From Girardia tigrina (Eukaryota), in assembly GCA_001938485.1 (NCBI GenBank), contig MQRK01233142.1, positions 4,321 through 68,320 of the forward strand: a DNA stretch of 64,000 nucleotides. Reading direction: 5' to 3'. How positions within the stretch are numbered: the first letter of the stretch is position 1; every line of letters begins with the position of its first letter. Made by a program: the position numbers and the translations under genes. The notes under the pieces are model-generated. The model saw only the letters and a program-made list of their open reading frames with translations. It searched no databases and was not told where the DNA came from. This document shows, in pieces, positions 40,473 to 55,456 of this stretch.

Positions 40473-41300
40473 TGTTGTCCACTTACCATACTTAATTATT
40501 TACTGATCACGCCAGTGAACCAAGTTCTCCAATTTTATATTACCCATGGAAAATTAGTTTTTCTTATCAAGAAAGTGGTCGTCGGAAATATTTAGTTTCA
40601 TTGGTGAAATATGGAAAATGTAAAGAAGTTTCGGAACAAAGGTTGCGATTTGTCTTTTTCCTCCTAAAGTATTTTTGTTTTCCCAAATACTATTTTTCAA
40701 ATTCGTGAATAGAGTTGTAACGAACGGTTTAATATGACATTTGTTTGAATAAATGAAAGTCATGTTGGTGGTAAAACAATTTTCAATTTAAAATAAAGAT
40801 TTCGTTATTAACTCGCAACAATTTGGTGGCCAAGATGTCAAATCCGCAAATTCCTCAGCAAATGTTGGTGGTTAATCATAATGTTCGATTCACCACGCTG
40901 AATGCCAACCTATCATTGGAAGATTTCGATTATTTTATTGAAAGTTTTGGAAATGAACTGGTGTTTAACGAGTCGCCAGAAAATCATAAATTACTTCATC
41001 TGCAAAATCATTTGGGTCGCGATGGGTTGAGCTTATTCAAAGGGTTGCCGGATCCTAAAGATACCTATGCAAATGCAGTGGAACGTCTGCAGGAATATTT
41101 TAAACCAAGGACCAGTATATTATGGAACGTCGTGGTTTCTACCGTGCAGTGCAGATACTTACGGAAACAGCTACGGAGTGGGCATGCAGGGTACGTCGGT
41201 TGGCCCAGAAGTGTGCTTCCCACAAGAAGTACCTCGAGCAAGCAATGAGAGATGTGTTTGTATTTGGTCTCATCCACAATTTGGTCTCATGTGGGTATTT
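40473..41300 (+). mobile_element. 5' part of a Ty3/Gypsy LTR retrotransposon: putative LTR, PBS and frameshifted gag
   Basis: AATAAA at about 40791, LTR-like end ...tcgcaaca (40820), then tggtggcc PBS-like. Gag-like LGRDGLSLFKGL...TYANAVERLQEYFKP / ERRGFYRAVQ..ETATEWACRVRRLAQKC...MRDVFVFGL. LTR start uncertain. Confidence 0.75.
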
Positions 41301-41973
41301 AAAGATTAACGTCGAAAGGTTTCAGACTGATATTGGTGTATCAATATGATTTAATTTATTTAGACAAATTTTACGAATATTTTGTGCACTAAAATTTTTT
41401 TGTTAAGAATTGATAATATTATATTACAATAAAAATAGAAGTTAAAATATTGATAATCTAATTCTGATAAAATTTATTTTCGAACAAAAAATGAAAACAT
41501 TAATGTAAAAAATAGTCTTTTTTTCAATCTGGCTAAATTATCAAAAACATATTCGTACAAAAAAGAGAATAACATGTGAGTCCAGCGCTAATTACTCCAA
41601 AATTGTATTTGGTAAATGAATTCCGGCAAAGATAACATTGAAACACGGTACTTCAATTTGGTGACACTGGTTGTGTTTGATAATTTATATTTTCCAATAA
41701 TTACTCATTGACCGATGTGTATAAAATATTTGTATAAAGCTTTTCCATTTTAAAAGTCATTATAGTTTTAATTCTTTCCTAACAACACTTGCTTTGTATT
41801 TTCCGGGGTAAAATATAAATTATAATCCCAAGGGAACTATTTAACTATAAAAAAGTAAAAGAAAATTTAACTAAATGTAGGAACATTTGAGTGATTTTCT
41901 AACGCATATTTTCCTTTCACACATCAATATTCCTATCTGTACTTCCAGAGAGGTTAACCCATATGATTATATT

Positions 41974-41977
<4 letters not shown>

Positions 41978-42021
<44 letters not shown>
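41978..42021. repeat. (TA)n microsatellite
   Basis: Directly visible; similar tracts flank the gap at 59370-60069 and occur at 61864-61891. Confidence 0.95.
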
Positions 42022-42023
<2 letters not shown>

Positions 42024-43396
42024 TGTTATTACGCTCTAATTGTCCTATCTTTTATGGTTTTTGATCTGTTTACAAAGAGGATGGAAGTCTTTCTAGTGTG
42101 TGTAGCATCTTATTAATTAAGTGCATGTAGATGATATTCTGGTCGCACATCAATTGAAGATGGATTGACCAAATGCAATAAAACTTTCCAAAAACTTACT
42201 TCCTACACAGGGGCAGGCCAAAACCAACTTTTTGAAAAAAAAAACAAATGACCCACCACAAGAACTCCATGTTTTTAATTCGACCAATCAAATTGCAGTA
42301 TTTTCAAACTGTATGAAAAGTACTTTTTTATAATTTTGAGAATGCTCATGTGAATTTAACTTTCACTTACAACTTATAATGCCATATTCTTTCTTAAAAA
42401 ATATCTTATAAGCTGATTGTACAATTGATTATACTGTAAATAAAAATGAATAAAACTATTGAAAATCTTTCGAATAAAAAAGGCCGTCTGAGCACTCAAA
42501 TTTTAGTATTTAACTACTGAAATAATGCATTACTTACTATCCAGGTCCATGAGATTTGTAGCTAAAATTAACATATAAATAGGCTGATTATTAACTAAAT
42601 AAATTTATTTATATAAAAGATTAGTCCATTTTAAAAAATATCAGTAAGTCGCAAAAATTTAAATGCATATTTAAGGGTAAAAACTACATTATTGAATATT
42701 ACAATTAGGTCCATTTGATAGACGGTAAAGTTACTATTCTATTTCTAAGAAAATATTTTACAAAATTAAAAATATCATTTTAAAATAAAAAAATATTTAA
42801 TATGTTATTTATTCTAATTTTTGAAATTATTTTTACAATAATATTGAAAAGATTTAAATGTTTATTTATTTATTAGTAATTTATTTTTAATTTTAGTATA
42901 AATTTATTTAATATAAAAAATTTTCAAATAAAGAAAAGTATTTAGAATGAAATAGAAAATAATGAACGTAGTAGTGTACATAAAAATATTTTATAACTTT
43001 TTGTGGTAGCAAAAAAATGTAAAAATAATAAATGAATAAAAAATGATAATTTATTTTATTTTTTAATTATTTTTTCAAAAATATTTAAATTAATATAATA
43101 ATTTTTAAACATTTTTTTACTTTACAATTTTTTAGAAAACAATTGAAAAATAAAAAATAAAGGAAATTACTTATTTAAAAACCAGTAATAAATATTATAA
43201 AAATACAAAAAACTAATGAAAATATTAAAATATTATAAATATTAAAATTCAAATATATAATTAATTTTTTAAAAATATTAAAGATAATTTAAAAATATTT
43301 AAAAATAATAAAAAAACCATTTAAAATAAATTAATTTATTCCAATTTTTGCATCTATTTTTACAATAATGTTAATTTTTTTACAAAATATTCAAAT

Positions 43397-43600
43397 AATT
43401 ATTATGTATAAAATTTTTCTCTATATCTGTTCACTATGTATTTGAAGATGGTACCAAAAAATGCAACCAATCTTTCTACACACCTTAAACCAAAGGGAAG
43501 GTCGATGTCAATTTTTTCCTAGAAAATATCCTGCTTGCCTTTGATACAGACATTTTTAATAACTGAGCAATATGATTGCATTGATTCAAAATTTCAAAGT
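43397..43600. repeat. About 200-bp sequence repeated in inverted orientation at 45235-45422
   Basis: Direct visual alignment, high identity, with a small insertion in this copy. Confidence 0.85.
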
Positions 43601-44955
43601 ATGCAGGTAATAAATAGAGATAAAAAGCGGTCAAAGCTGTTATCTACTATCATTAACACATCCGATCTACTTTAAAAGTTCTACTTTGAGATAATTTGCA
43701 TATACGTTTAAAAACATACTATCCGATTTTCGAAATTAACGGCTATTATCTTCGTTGGTATTTGTATATAGTAGGTCGGAACATAAACCCCAAAAATTAA
43801 TTTTTAAGTTCATTGTATTATACATTGAATTTTTTTTATTGATAACGTAAAATTTTAAAAAACCTTGTTAATACACAGATCCATTACATATTCCTATTAT
43901 TTATATTAATGTGAAATTTTTCTATCTATAATATAAAAAAAGATGTTTATTCTAAACTTTTCTATACATTTTATAGACATTTACAGATCAAAGTTTAGCA
44001 TGAAAATAATTGATTATATTAAGTATAATTTAATCAATTAACCTTAACCAACCCTCCAAGGAAGACTATCATTTATACTAAGGAGAATCAGTTCAAAACG
44101 AACTTTTTCGTAAATAATTTAATTTAACACAAAAAAGAGACCACACAGAAAGAAACCATTGAATATGGTGGTTTCATCTTCCTGTTTTCTTTTTTCTGAT
44201 CTCTTTTTCTTGGTCTTTTTCATTCCGGGAATCGTTGAAAGGTTTTTTTTGCAAACCACATTAATTACAAACTTATTATTAACAAAAATATTAAATAAAT
44301 TAAAGTCGTGAACAAAAAAAAATAATCGATTTTCATTAAAAATAATTATCACCATTTTGGATAATTTCAATTTTTATTGATCTTGATGTTGATAAATGTA
44401 AGTCAATTATTTTATTGACACAAATCAATGATTCTGAATTAACTAATGATCCTTGGACATTGAAAATTCGTTAATTTTACGGATCATTTGTTAAGAAAAA
44501 TTTTTTATCTGGTGTTATTAATTGAAAGAAAAACGAAATTCTGAATCGATTTAAGACAGCCCAGAATAAAATATTCATTTTATGCTATATCTGACAATTT
44601 GGATTTAATAACCAATTAACTCGACGATATACATCAATGGATTCTTGGTCTCATTTAACATTTCTGAGCGAGGAATTTTCCACTGGAATTTATTTCTAAT
44701 TATCATATTAAATATTGTAAGTAGAAAATATTAAACATCAACTTTTAACATTTAAAAAGGAAAGTATAAGAATTCAAATAATCGAAAATAAATTTTATTG
44801 AAACAAATATATTAATAAGTTAACTGGTACGTTACCCGAGCTTGGTTAAGTCGGGTTTTTTGCCTGAAGTTGCATCACTGAATAATGAAGATGAACTATA
44901 TGTCCTTTGCTGGTTGATTTAATGACATAATTAATACTTTTTTAGGTATATTTTT

Positions 44956-46353
44956 GGGTGAACGGACACCACGACATTTAATACCACGACAGTTAATACT
45001 GTGACTTTTAATACCATAGAAAAATCGAAACAATTAAACTTATTATAAAAAATGAAAATAAGAAATAATTGTGAGGCCTTATTAATAAAATCAATAGATT
45101 CAAAAATTAATGTTCAAATCTTACACTCAACTTCTCTGTTAAATATTTTAAAATAAAACTGGTTGGCATTATCGATTACACAATAATTACTTTAATATAT
45201 AAGCTGCAAAAGCTAATGTTGATTTAGTCTTTGAACTTTGATATTTTGAATCAATGTAATCCTATTGCTTAGTTATTCAAAGGCAAGCAGGATATTTTCT
45301 AGGAAAAATTGACATCGACCTTCCTTTTGGTATAAGGTGTGTTGAAAGATTGTTGCATTTTGCGGTACCATCTTCAAATACATAGTGAACAGATATAGAG
45401 AAAATTTTTATACATAAGAATTATTGGAATATGGTGGGCAATTTACCGACGTTAATTACTCGAATAAATTATAATATGCCTTTTGTTTTGATATAATGTG
45501 CCATCATTTTTTGATTTTTTCATTAAAATGAAAACGATTATTAAATTTAAATAATATTTTTTGTATTTTACATTTTTATTATTTAACGAAATAATGCGCT
45601 TCTGGAGACGTAATCAAGAACTAATATTAATGAAGCACTGTGCTATTGTTTGTAAGCTTCGTTTCAATGTCACATTTAAGAATTCAGAAATTTTTACAAA
45701 TGTTAGAGAAACATGTTAAAATGCAAAAAAAACAAGTGATTATCACTCTGGTCACCAACCGACTTTACTTAAAAGATATCGAAATTAAAAAAAATCATTG
45801 AAACAGTAAACCGATATTATTTTAAGTGAAAAAGTACATTTTTTTGTGCGCAATTGCTTGTTTATCAAGTCTTTCACTGTTATTTAATATAATTTATTTT
45901 GTTATTTTTATTTTTGAGTTATATGAGTAATTTATTTTATATTTTAATAGTTGATGATAAAAACTTTTTGTTTCAAGTTGGTATTCAAATTAACAAATGC
46001 AATAATCAAAAAATAAATGTTGTTATTTAAATCATTAACGCCTAAACAGGAACTCGTCTGCACTAAGATAGGATATTGCAGTGACTGTAAAATCTCAACC
46101 AATCATATTTAAAGCAAAGTAAGGTCATTGACTCATTACTTTGTTTATATAGACGAGATAAAACTCAAACGAGGACGGTTTGTGTAAATATTCTTTTGTA
46201 TTATTTCAATATATAATAAAAATTTAAAATAAAAAAAATAATATTTTAATTTATTAATAATTTTCTTTTTTTTAATAATAAATTTAATTGTTTCGATTTT
46301 TTTCTATGGTATAAAATATTTTTGTTTTAAATGTTGTGGGATCAAATGTTGTC
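44956..46353. mobile_element. Non-autonomous MULE-like element with long TIRs
   Basis: Inverted ends ataccatagaaaaatcgaaacaattaaa / tttaattgtttcgatttttttctatggtat with iterated ccacgaca subrepeats. Interior has decayed MULE-like coding sequence (CSLCI*RWYRKMQQ). Confidence 0.6.
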
Positions 46354-47363
46354 TGATTAAACAAAGGGAATTTCCCGCTCACTAAGTGTTAAAATACATG
46401 TTCACCGGTTGCGACTTGTTAAATCGTATAAGTTATAGAATATTATTTGGGAAACTATATTCTAGATAATTTTCAAAATTATAATGACTTGATTTAAAAA
46501 CCAAAACAATTTTTTGACGTACTTATTTTGTTTTGCTGTATCCAACAAACATATTCATATGCATATGATAGTAAAATAAAAATGATTTGTAACATTTTAG
46601 TTCGGGTAACCCTGTAACTTTGAAGAAAACTGTAAAAACTGAACAATGTTTTTTTATTATCAAATATTAAACTCTAAATTTTATTGGTATTTTAGTAATT
46701 AAACTTATAATATGCCAGAAATGTCGTTAAAATAACATTAATCAACAGTGTTTTATTGTCTTAAAACATAGATGCAGGTATATAATTTGAGATGATTATT
46801 TATTTTGCCTTTTAATTTTCTCTTCAATTAATAAAAATTTTAATTTTAATTAATTTCCTAAACATATTGTTTTTATGTTATTTGAGAATATTAATTTTTA
46901 TCATTTTTTTTTGTAAATATCATTATTTTGTTTACTATTTCTTCAATACAAATTATTAATTTCCTAAATTTACGAATTTGCTTTGAAAAAAAGTAACACA
47001 GTAATTCTTTCAAAGTTATTTAAAAGAGTTTAAAAAAATAAAATCTTTTTTCACTGTTTTTTTCTGGATTATTTCATTTAATTATTATAATTTATTTTGA
47101 AAACAATTTCTCTTGAGTCTTAAATATAAAATATTCATTGAAAGAAAATGCAAATTATTTATATTTTTCATATATTTTTTTCTTAATCCTTTCTTAACAA
47201 AATATCTTTCTTAAGAATATTTTAACGTCAAATAATGCATTTATACATTGAAATTTACAATTTATGTTTAAATAACATCATTTTTTTATTATATATTCAA
47301 CTAGAAAGATTTCATTTGGATTAAGTGTTTCTTTTACAAATTTTGTGATACAAACTATGAGGA

Positions 47364-47669
47364 GTTAGTTAAATTTTTCAAATTCGCCAGATAATTTATT
47401 TAATAATTTGAATTTAAAATATAAAATATTTGTAAAAACCGAAAATTATTTAAGATTTAATATTGTTTAAAAAATTGATTAAAATAATAAAAGATTCTAT
47501 AAATTAAAATAATATTAAAGATTTAATGCTACGACAATTACAAAGTTTAAATAAATTAAAATTTCAATAAAAGTTATAGAATAGGATAAATTAAATATAG
47601 AATAAAATTTAGGATAATAATTTAAACGAAAATAATTAAAAAGTTGGCGAAATGAAAATTTTAATTATC
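47364..47669. mobile_element. AT-rich MITE, related TIRs
   Basis: gttagttaaatttttcaaattcgcca / tggcgaaatgaaaattttaattatc. Confidence 0.5.
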
Positions 47670-50600
47670 GAAAATTTGTTTTTGAAAATGTATGTTTGAA
47701 ATAGTAATAAATTCAAATTACGACAAAAGCCTAAAAAAATTCGATAAATTATAGCAAAATATTCCCCCAATTTACTCAAATTTAGCAAGTTAAATCTGTC
47801 CAAAAACTCATTTTATTTATTAAAAAATTCTGATACTATTAATCTGAATTGGTCTTAATTATATTAAATTGTTATTTTTATGTTTTTCATTTTCATGTCA
47901 AAATCTCTTTAATTAAATATTGTTACAGTGCTTCCAAAATTTTATATGCTTCGGTTCTTTTCTTTCAAGATTTTAGAATAATCTCACTTAAGCAAACTGT
48001 TTAAATTAGAAATTGGTAAATGAGCCAAAATGGAATATTCATTAGTACCGTAACGAATTAGTTGAATTGGGTTTGAGAATCATAAAATTCGTTAATCCTG
48101 GGCCAAATTTAATCTTGGAAATATTTCTTTCATTATTGAAATAAGTCAGTCGAAATTGGATTTCATCATTTATTTGTTATGCGTTACTGAATCTATTATG
48201 AAAATGTATCCTTAGAAGATGGAAGCCTGATGAATGAAACTTTTCTTTTGACACAATCTTTGATTTTTAACAATAGCAACAGATCTTAAATTCTTTTTTT
48301 TATGAAAATATTCTGCAAAATTAATTATCGTTCATTTAGAAATATATAATATTGAAAAAAATAAATAACATATATTCTATGCAAGCATATTGTTGCACTA
48401 TATATATTTTTTATTCTGCATTTATTTTTTTTATAAAATAACTTATAGCCAGATGATTCGGGAAGCATTCAGTGTTCTTTAAAATATATATGTTAATAAA
48501 TTGTAGTGCGAAGGGTCGGAAAAAATCATTGGGTTCATCGAAATTGATTACAAAATATTTTTAAATAAAATTGATAATTTTAAAATATTAATATTTATTA
48601 TTACAAAAATCTTATTAAATTTAGATTTTTAAATGAAATTACTGAATCAACCCAAGCGACTTTAAAGCTGTTTAGGTTTACAGAGTTAACCTTTAGGAAT
48701 GATCATACTTGACTTGAAGAATATAATGATCACTTGTATAAAAAATTGACTTCTTTTTTGTATATATCTATGTAGTATATCTTTTATTAAAATCCTAATT
48801 GATAGCTATATCGTTTTGGTCATGTATATCTTATCATATTGCGTGACCGAGAATGTGTTTAGTCCATCATAACAAATTTGAACTGGTTTTTTTTATTTTT
48901 GTATTATTCAAAATAAATTTAAAACCATTTTATGTATCATAATGATAATTAGGTTCGTGATTAAAATTGGAAGTCATAATTTTGTAAACTACTACAATTT
49001 TCATTAATGAAACAAATTTATGAAGAACAATATTTTAATTACACAATCCAGATCTCAAAATTCTAAATATAAATAATAATATCGATTAATATATAAATAT
49101 GTTATTTTATTCAATTTTACATAAATTTAGATCTTTAACAATATTTTAAAAATTCAAGTTTTAAATATCTTTCTTTGATTTTAAATCATTCGATTATAAA
49201 TTATTTCTTTTTAATAAAAACCTTTTATTTGTTTTTAATAAAATTGCAAAAATAACTTACAAATTTAAAATACAAAAATATTTANNNNNNNNNNNNNNNN
49301 NNNNNNNNNNNNNNNNNNNNNNNNATTATAAAATTTTTAATATATATATCTATATTTTATCTATTATTTATCGAATTTTAATTTGCAGAATTTCCAACTG
49401 CCTTTTAACTTTAAATTATCTTTTTTATTACATCTCTGACAACAAAAGTTTTAACAAAAAATTCTTCCGAATAACTCTTAAAATAAATGCAAAACAATTA
49501 AAATTCAATTATTTATGAAATTAACTTTTTAAAATTAATTAAGATATTTTTTACTAATAACTGTTTAAACTTTTGATTTTAAATACATTTTTTATATTTT
49601 AGAGATTATTTATAACAATTGATTATTTCCAAAAATTTAAAATAATGAGCTTGTTCTTTTTTTTAAGAATTTAAAGGGTTTTTATTTTAAAGAATTATTT
49701 CATTTTAATTAATCGAACATTATTTTTAATTTATTTAAAATACAAATGTTATTTTTAAAAATATCAAAAATTTAAAGTTCACAAAAAGGAACCCCAACAA
49801 TGATAAAATGGTAATTAATCTAAAAGCAACAATATTAATGTTTTCGAGGACAATTACTATCTTTCACATTTCACTATTTAGTGAATTTCTAAATTAATTT
49901 AGTGTGGGTTTTTGTTTGAAAAAATATTTTATTTTGACTTAATTCACCTTTAAGAGATTATTATCCGTATTATTGTAAAGAATTTCTGACATAAATTTTA
50001 TAAATATCGAATAATATATTGTTGGGACAATGAAAACAAACAGTAAATGCGAACAATTGAATTCGACTTGGTAAATTTACAATTACACGTATGTCAAAAA
50101 TAGAGCGAATTCGCAAATGTAAGAATTACATTCAAACGCACAATAATCCAAAAATATATCTACCCAAGATTCATCATTATCTAAATAAAATAAATTCACA
50201 GAATCTTCTCAGAGACTGATAAAAGTGGGTAACATTTTGTTGTCATAGTGAATCATTATATTTAGCGCAGCTTCTTGAGCTCGAACTCTACTGCCATCTA
50301 TCATGGCTATCGTTCTGTCGAATCTCAACGAAATCCTAGAAATAATAGCTTTTGACGCACCGAAATAAATTAATATAAATCCTTCATCGCCATCAATTAT
50401 AAGAGGCCTACTGATAATATTTGATCTAGCAGTACATTTGCCCTCTTTTGCGAATCTTCTTCGTTTCTAAAATAAAAATTCTTAAAGAAATGTTCCAAAT
50501 TTTTTATATTTTTTGTACTTAGCAGTTTCTACATTTTTCAGCAAAGCGGCCTCGTAACAGAAGTGTAAAACACGTTTGTAATGACCAAAATCATATGAAT

Positions 50601-50798
50601 ATTTATATATTTAAATCCAATATTCTTATTTATAAAAACAAGTTCTCAAATATTCGACTTAAAAAAACTGAAAAAAACAGTTACAAAGAATAATAATGGT
50701 GATAACCAAATTTTGTTTTAATAATTTTTTTTGTAATTAAATACAATATTGAATACAATTCGAAAAATTTGGCTTTGACTTGTGTTAAAAATAATTAA

Positions 50799-51192
50799 TG
50801 TCGTCGTTTGCTAATATGATTGAGCATTTGAGCACGTCATAATAATAACAATCGTTCGGATCAGAAATCAATGATCATGTAAATCGGATTGGAAGTTATC
50901 GTCAATTACATCCCCTCGATCAATCTCTATTAAATTGTGGCGCTCCGATATGTGGACTTCGAAAGCTGCGTCTCTTCGTTCGACGGTCGTGTTAAATTAA
51001 TCGATCACTTATTCAAATTCGATCAATCAGCGCTCAAATTGTCGTCCTCATCGGCCGATATCGCAGTGAATCGCAGCTTGCTCGTGTATGGCACGGCAAT
51101 CGAGTCTGTAACATGTCAAACGATGCAACTATCGTTTTTCTTCTTCATCGTCGACTGAACCTAGTCTGAACCAACAAACTGGTGTCAGAAGT
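50799..51192 (+). mobile_element. LTR (TGTCG...CAACA) followed by a tRNA-Leu-type primer-binding site TGGTGTCAGAAGT
   Basis: GC-richer island of about 380 bp with TG...CA inverted ends; PBS at 51180-51192. Confidence 0.7.
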
Positions 51193-51479
51193 AAAAAGTT
51201 GTTATTCAGCTCTCCAATCAATTAACTTATTAAGATGCATTTTCTCTCCTCAACAAACCGATGCAAACATACAAGAGACCAGCATTTCAAGTGATAGTCC
51301 TCCCATCACCTTTCCGAACTTTCCGATCTAGAAATCAGCTAACCTGGTTGTGACAGACGCAGGGTAGACTCCAACAACCGCTAATCCGATGACCACTCCG
51401 ACCAAAAACATCGACTATTCGGAGACTGAGGACTCAATTCAATGTAAAAGAGTTTCTAGTTTCTTTTACGGCAGTGGAG

Positions 51480-51900
51480 AACTTTTATATTGATTGTCTA
51501 CCACCGTTTTAACATCACTTTCATAATTGTCTTGTGACGTTTTGCAGGTTTTAACATGTTAATTGTTAAAAAACATTGGTGTTCTCTTGTAATGTTATCT
51601 CGGGAAACAATCATTGAGATTTCATTCCTTCATTCCTTTCGATTTTTAACAATTCTCTTGTAAGGTGCATCATCTTCGGAGGTGACACTGTCGCAGTTCT
51701 TTTGATTTCCCCTATGATGCTGACCTATAGGCCTTATAAAAATCTTCACAATTCTAAGCTTTTTACTCTTCTTACCAATATGTTTATGTCTGCCCAATAT
51801 TCATCCACGGTTTCATATTTCTTAATTTGTGATTCATTAATTGCTAGTTTAGTGATTCATCAAGTTAAGAATGGATTATCCTTACAACTTCAAAAATGAA
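51480..51900 (-). mobile_element. Retrotransposon gag relic
   Basis: QIKKYETVDEYWADINILVRR...FL*GL*VSIIGEIK, gag-like, with stops. Confidence 0.5.
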
Positions 51901-54863
51901 TCTTAGGTGGGGAATTAAATGGATGTCGTATGTCAATAAAAATAATATTAAAATTAAATGACCTAACTGAAAAAATAACAATAGATCAGTGACATCGTTT
52001 TAATCTCAAATAACGCAAGAGAAAACAATTATTTGACAATAATTATATTAGATAACCCAAAACAAATAGAACAAAAATTAAGAGTGGAAAATAATGATTA
52101 CCTATAAGATAGCTGTTTAGAGAATGATAGGGAAGTTAAACAGAGTCCACTTACTCTAATTTTGTTACATGATTTTCTTTTGGGTTTTTATCATATATAT
52201 TGATATTGAGAGTTGGTCCAAAGTTTTCTACTGGACATATAAAATAAATCATAACAATATCAGGACCTAAGTTAATATATTTCTGATAGAATAACAAAAA
52301 CTTGATTAATATGAGATTTAATTCTTAAATCTGTTGTATTGATTGAGGATAGAATTGTTCGGATAATTATTTGACTATTTCAATATTGGGATTATATAAA
52401 CTAAATTGCCACGTCTGTTTACATCACTTAAAATACCATCTTAGGGAACTAATTATAGAAAGATGAAAGTATAGTAACCTTTTCTATCAAGCTCTATCAC
52501 AATTACTAAAATATTTTAGTAAAATATCAGCTACAGGAAATTCATCATTGTATTGAATACATTTGTTAACATTTGGTAGTAAAGTTTTACGTTTATATAT
52601 ATAAAAAAAATAAATGTTTATCGAATGATGAAAAAAAATTCAATAACTCATATCGCTCTCATTTTTACGACGTTTTCTCATCTTTTTAGCCAGAGAGTCT
52701 TGGACAACTCTTTAGTTTACTGTGTTTGATTTCCGTTTATAACGGAAATATTGCATTCCATAAATCATTCAATGGTAAAATATTGATCAAAAAGGTTTGA
52801 AATCCTATTTCTAAAAAGTGTTCTATTTATCTATAATATTTTCAATAAATAAAAAGGAATGTTTTTAAATTTATCTATTTAATTATTATTTTTAAAGGGA
52901 CTAATAAGATATATAAGCTTACTTAATGTAACACTCAAAATTATTTTGTAGAAAACTCATATTTATTAGAAAAAAAAACAAAAATATTTTTTTCCTTAAG
53001 GGATGATGAATTTTGAATAGTTGCTGTTATTGTAAAAAACTGCAAAATTAATAATTAAGAACCAACCTAAATCTAAACTAAAGCTGTTCAACCTAAGTTT
53101 CGATAACTTCCTTCCAAGACCTGTGAAACTGAACTTTTTTCGAACCTGAAAACAATATTTTATATTACTTTTTTCTAATGTATTTTTCCATAAAATTTTA
53201 AAATATAGGTCGTACAGTTAAAATAGGTTTAAGATGCGTGATGTGAACTAAATATATGTTGTAAAGGTTGAGCAAACTCATCTTGAAGACAAAATTTTTA
53301 AAATTTAATTATGTGGAAAAATGTTTTGCTTATAAAATATTAAAAATTATATTTTACTGATTATTTTTTTATTTTTAAATAGTAATAATTATAATTATTT
53401 ATAATTAATAATCTATTATTGCTATAATTAATTTTATTCAATTATTTATAGATTTCATTCGCATTCAAGTTGATTTGTTATAATATAATATCATTTAATG
53501 GCGGAAAATTTATAAAAGAAAACTTTCATGAGACCTCTTCCTTAGGATGTTTCGTTACATAACGATGAAAAAATAAATAAAATGTGACTAACGATTGATT
53601 ATAAAATTATTTATATCCTTACACAAATAACATGTATCTATTTACATAATTTCTAGACTTTCTTCATTACAATTTGCAATTAAATAAAAATAACAAAATA
53701 TTTCTCCTAATAAATCCTTTTAATAATTTATCCATTTGAGAAAACTACATGAAAATTTTTGTACAAAATAAGCTTTTCCTTTTGTCGATATTTTGAGTCG
53801 ATCAATAAAATTAATTTTATTATTGATTTTTAAATTAAATATTTTTTTTTCTAATTTTAATTTACAGATATATAATAATTTTTGTTTTTATATTATTGAT
53901 TAATTTTCTCATAGTAAATATATATTAATATTTATATATTTATATTTTCTTCTAAAGAGAAATACGTAAAATAAAATACAAACAAAAGTTTAAAATTTTA
54001 TCTTTATTTTAAAGGTTTAAAATAATATTTGTTAAGTAAAAAACAATTTTCTTTCTTATAACATCTTACTTTTTTTTCTTTAAATTACAAAAAAAACCTG
54101 AGTGTATGAAAGATGCATTAGTTTCGTTAGAGCTTAAAATCTGTTCTTTATAATCCTATTTTCAAAAATTATTTAGGTTCATTGCCAAAAAAGAAAAAAA
54201 AATCATTTGAAAAATAGTCATTTTGGTAAAGATGATTTTAGATTTTGAGAAGAGAAAATTATAATTTTTTAAAATCTATATTTTTTATATGAATCTTAAT
54301 ACAAAAAAATATAAAAAAAGGAAATTTAAAAAAAAAATATTTTTACACTTAATTGTAATTGATTTTCCTTAACTAGGACAACAATTTTATTTTTTATATT
54401 TTAATCAGTTTATTTTAAATAATAATATAATATAATATAATATAATTATACATATAAAAACCCAGAGTTTCATCTGCGTAACGTGATCAAAATTTTTGTA
54501 TTAAAAACAACTGTTTCGTAGGTTAAGCTGTGAAAACAGCTTTTTAAAGACAAAGTAATTTAAATTATCAATAGGAATCGAATAATTCAATGAAAAGTTT
54601 TTGAGTTAGACCGAATAGTTCGAGATTCCATGGTGGCCCCACAGTCGCACTTCACTGAAACACATTAAAATGCATTCCTTGATCGATTAGTTATTTTTCA
54701 TCCCAACCATCTCGATCGGATATTTTGAGTTGTGGACCTTGAATATCGACACAAAATCGATTAATTTGATTAAAATATGGAATCTGTTAATAGATTATTT
54801 GGGGATTTTTATTTACATAAAGCGATGTTTTTAAACAATGTACTTCTTTTGATTAACTAGCTA

Positions 54864-55456
54864 CGTGGGGTGTCCCAAAGGTTCACGGACTGAGAGAATA
54901 TGGCGTGGTCGTGTGTGTGCGTGACTGTTACGTGCGGTATGTGTACGATGACATGAGGGGGAACCAACCAATTGTAATTGAGGTGAACTCTCATTGGCCG
55001 CCCGTAGGCATGTGTGTGACATACGAATGTATTAATTTGTCATGACAGTGTAGTTGTACTTAAGAGGCAGTGAAATCTCAACGAGCAATCATCTATTTCC
55101 TTTGGAAGGAAGACACCCCCACTGCAGATATTGTGCACCGTTTACGCCGCGTCTTTGGTGATGCTATGGGAAGAACGGCTGTCTTTAAGTAGGTGCAACG
55201 ATTCCATACAGGGTGTCAATCATTGGAGGATGATGAACGCAGTGGGCGACCAACAACGTCCGGATGTCAAGAAAATGTGAAAGTTATCGAGGAAGTCATT
55301 CTTGGTGACAGCTGTGAAAGTGTGTGAAACTGAATGGTGATTATATTGAAAAGTTCGATAGCAATTCTGATGAGGATTGATCAATTTTTTTAACTGGAAT
55401 AAACTTTTTGAATTTGTTGTTACTTATCATTCCGCGAACTTTTGGGACACTCCTCG
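54864..55456 (+). mobile_element. Internally deleted mariner (irritans-like TIR), 593 bp
   Basis: TA TSD; TIRs cgtggggtgtcccaaaggttcacgga / tccgcgaacttttgggacactcctcg. N-terminus QRAIIYFLWKE...SLEDDERSGRPTTS is fused directly to the C-terminus KCVKLNGDYIEK. Locally GC-richer. Confidence 0.88.

Noticed and set aside
50937-51158. 73-aa ORF
   Set aside because: Non-ATG start and lies within an LTR upstream of a PBS.
52690-52794. Possible phase-0 internal exon (PESLGQLFSLLCLISVYNGN...)
   Set aside because: Short, weak donor and no homology I can recognise; cannot be supported without transcripts.
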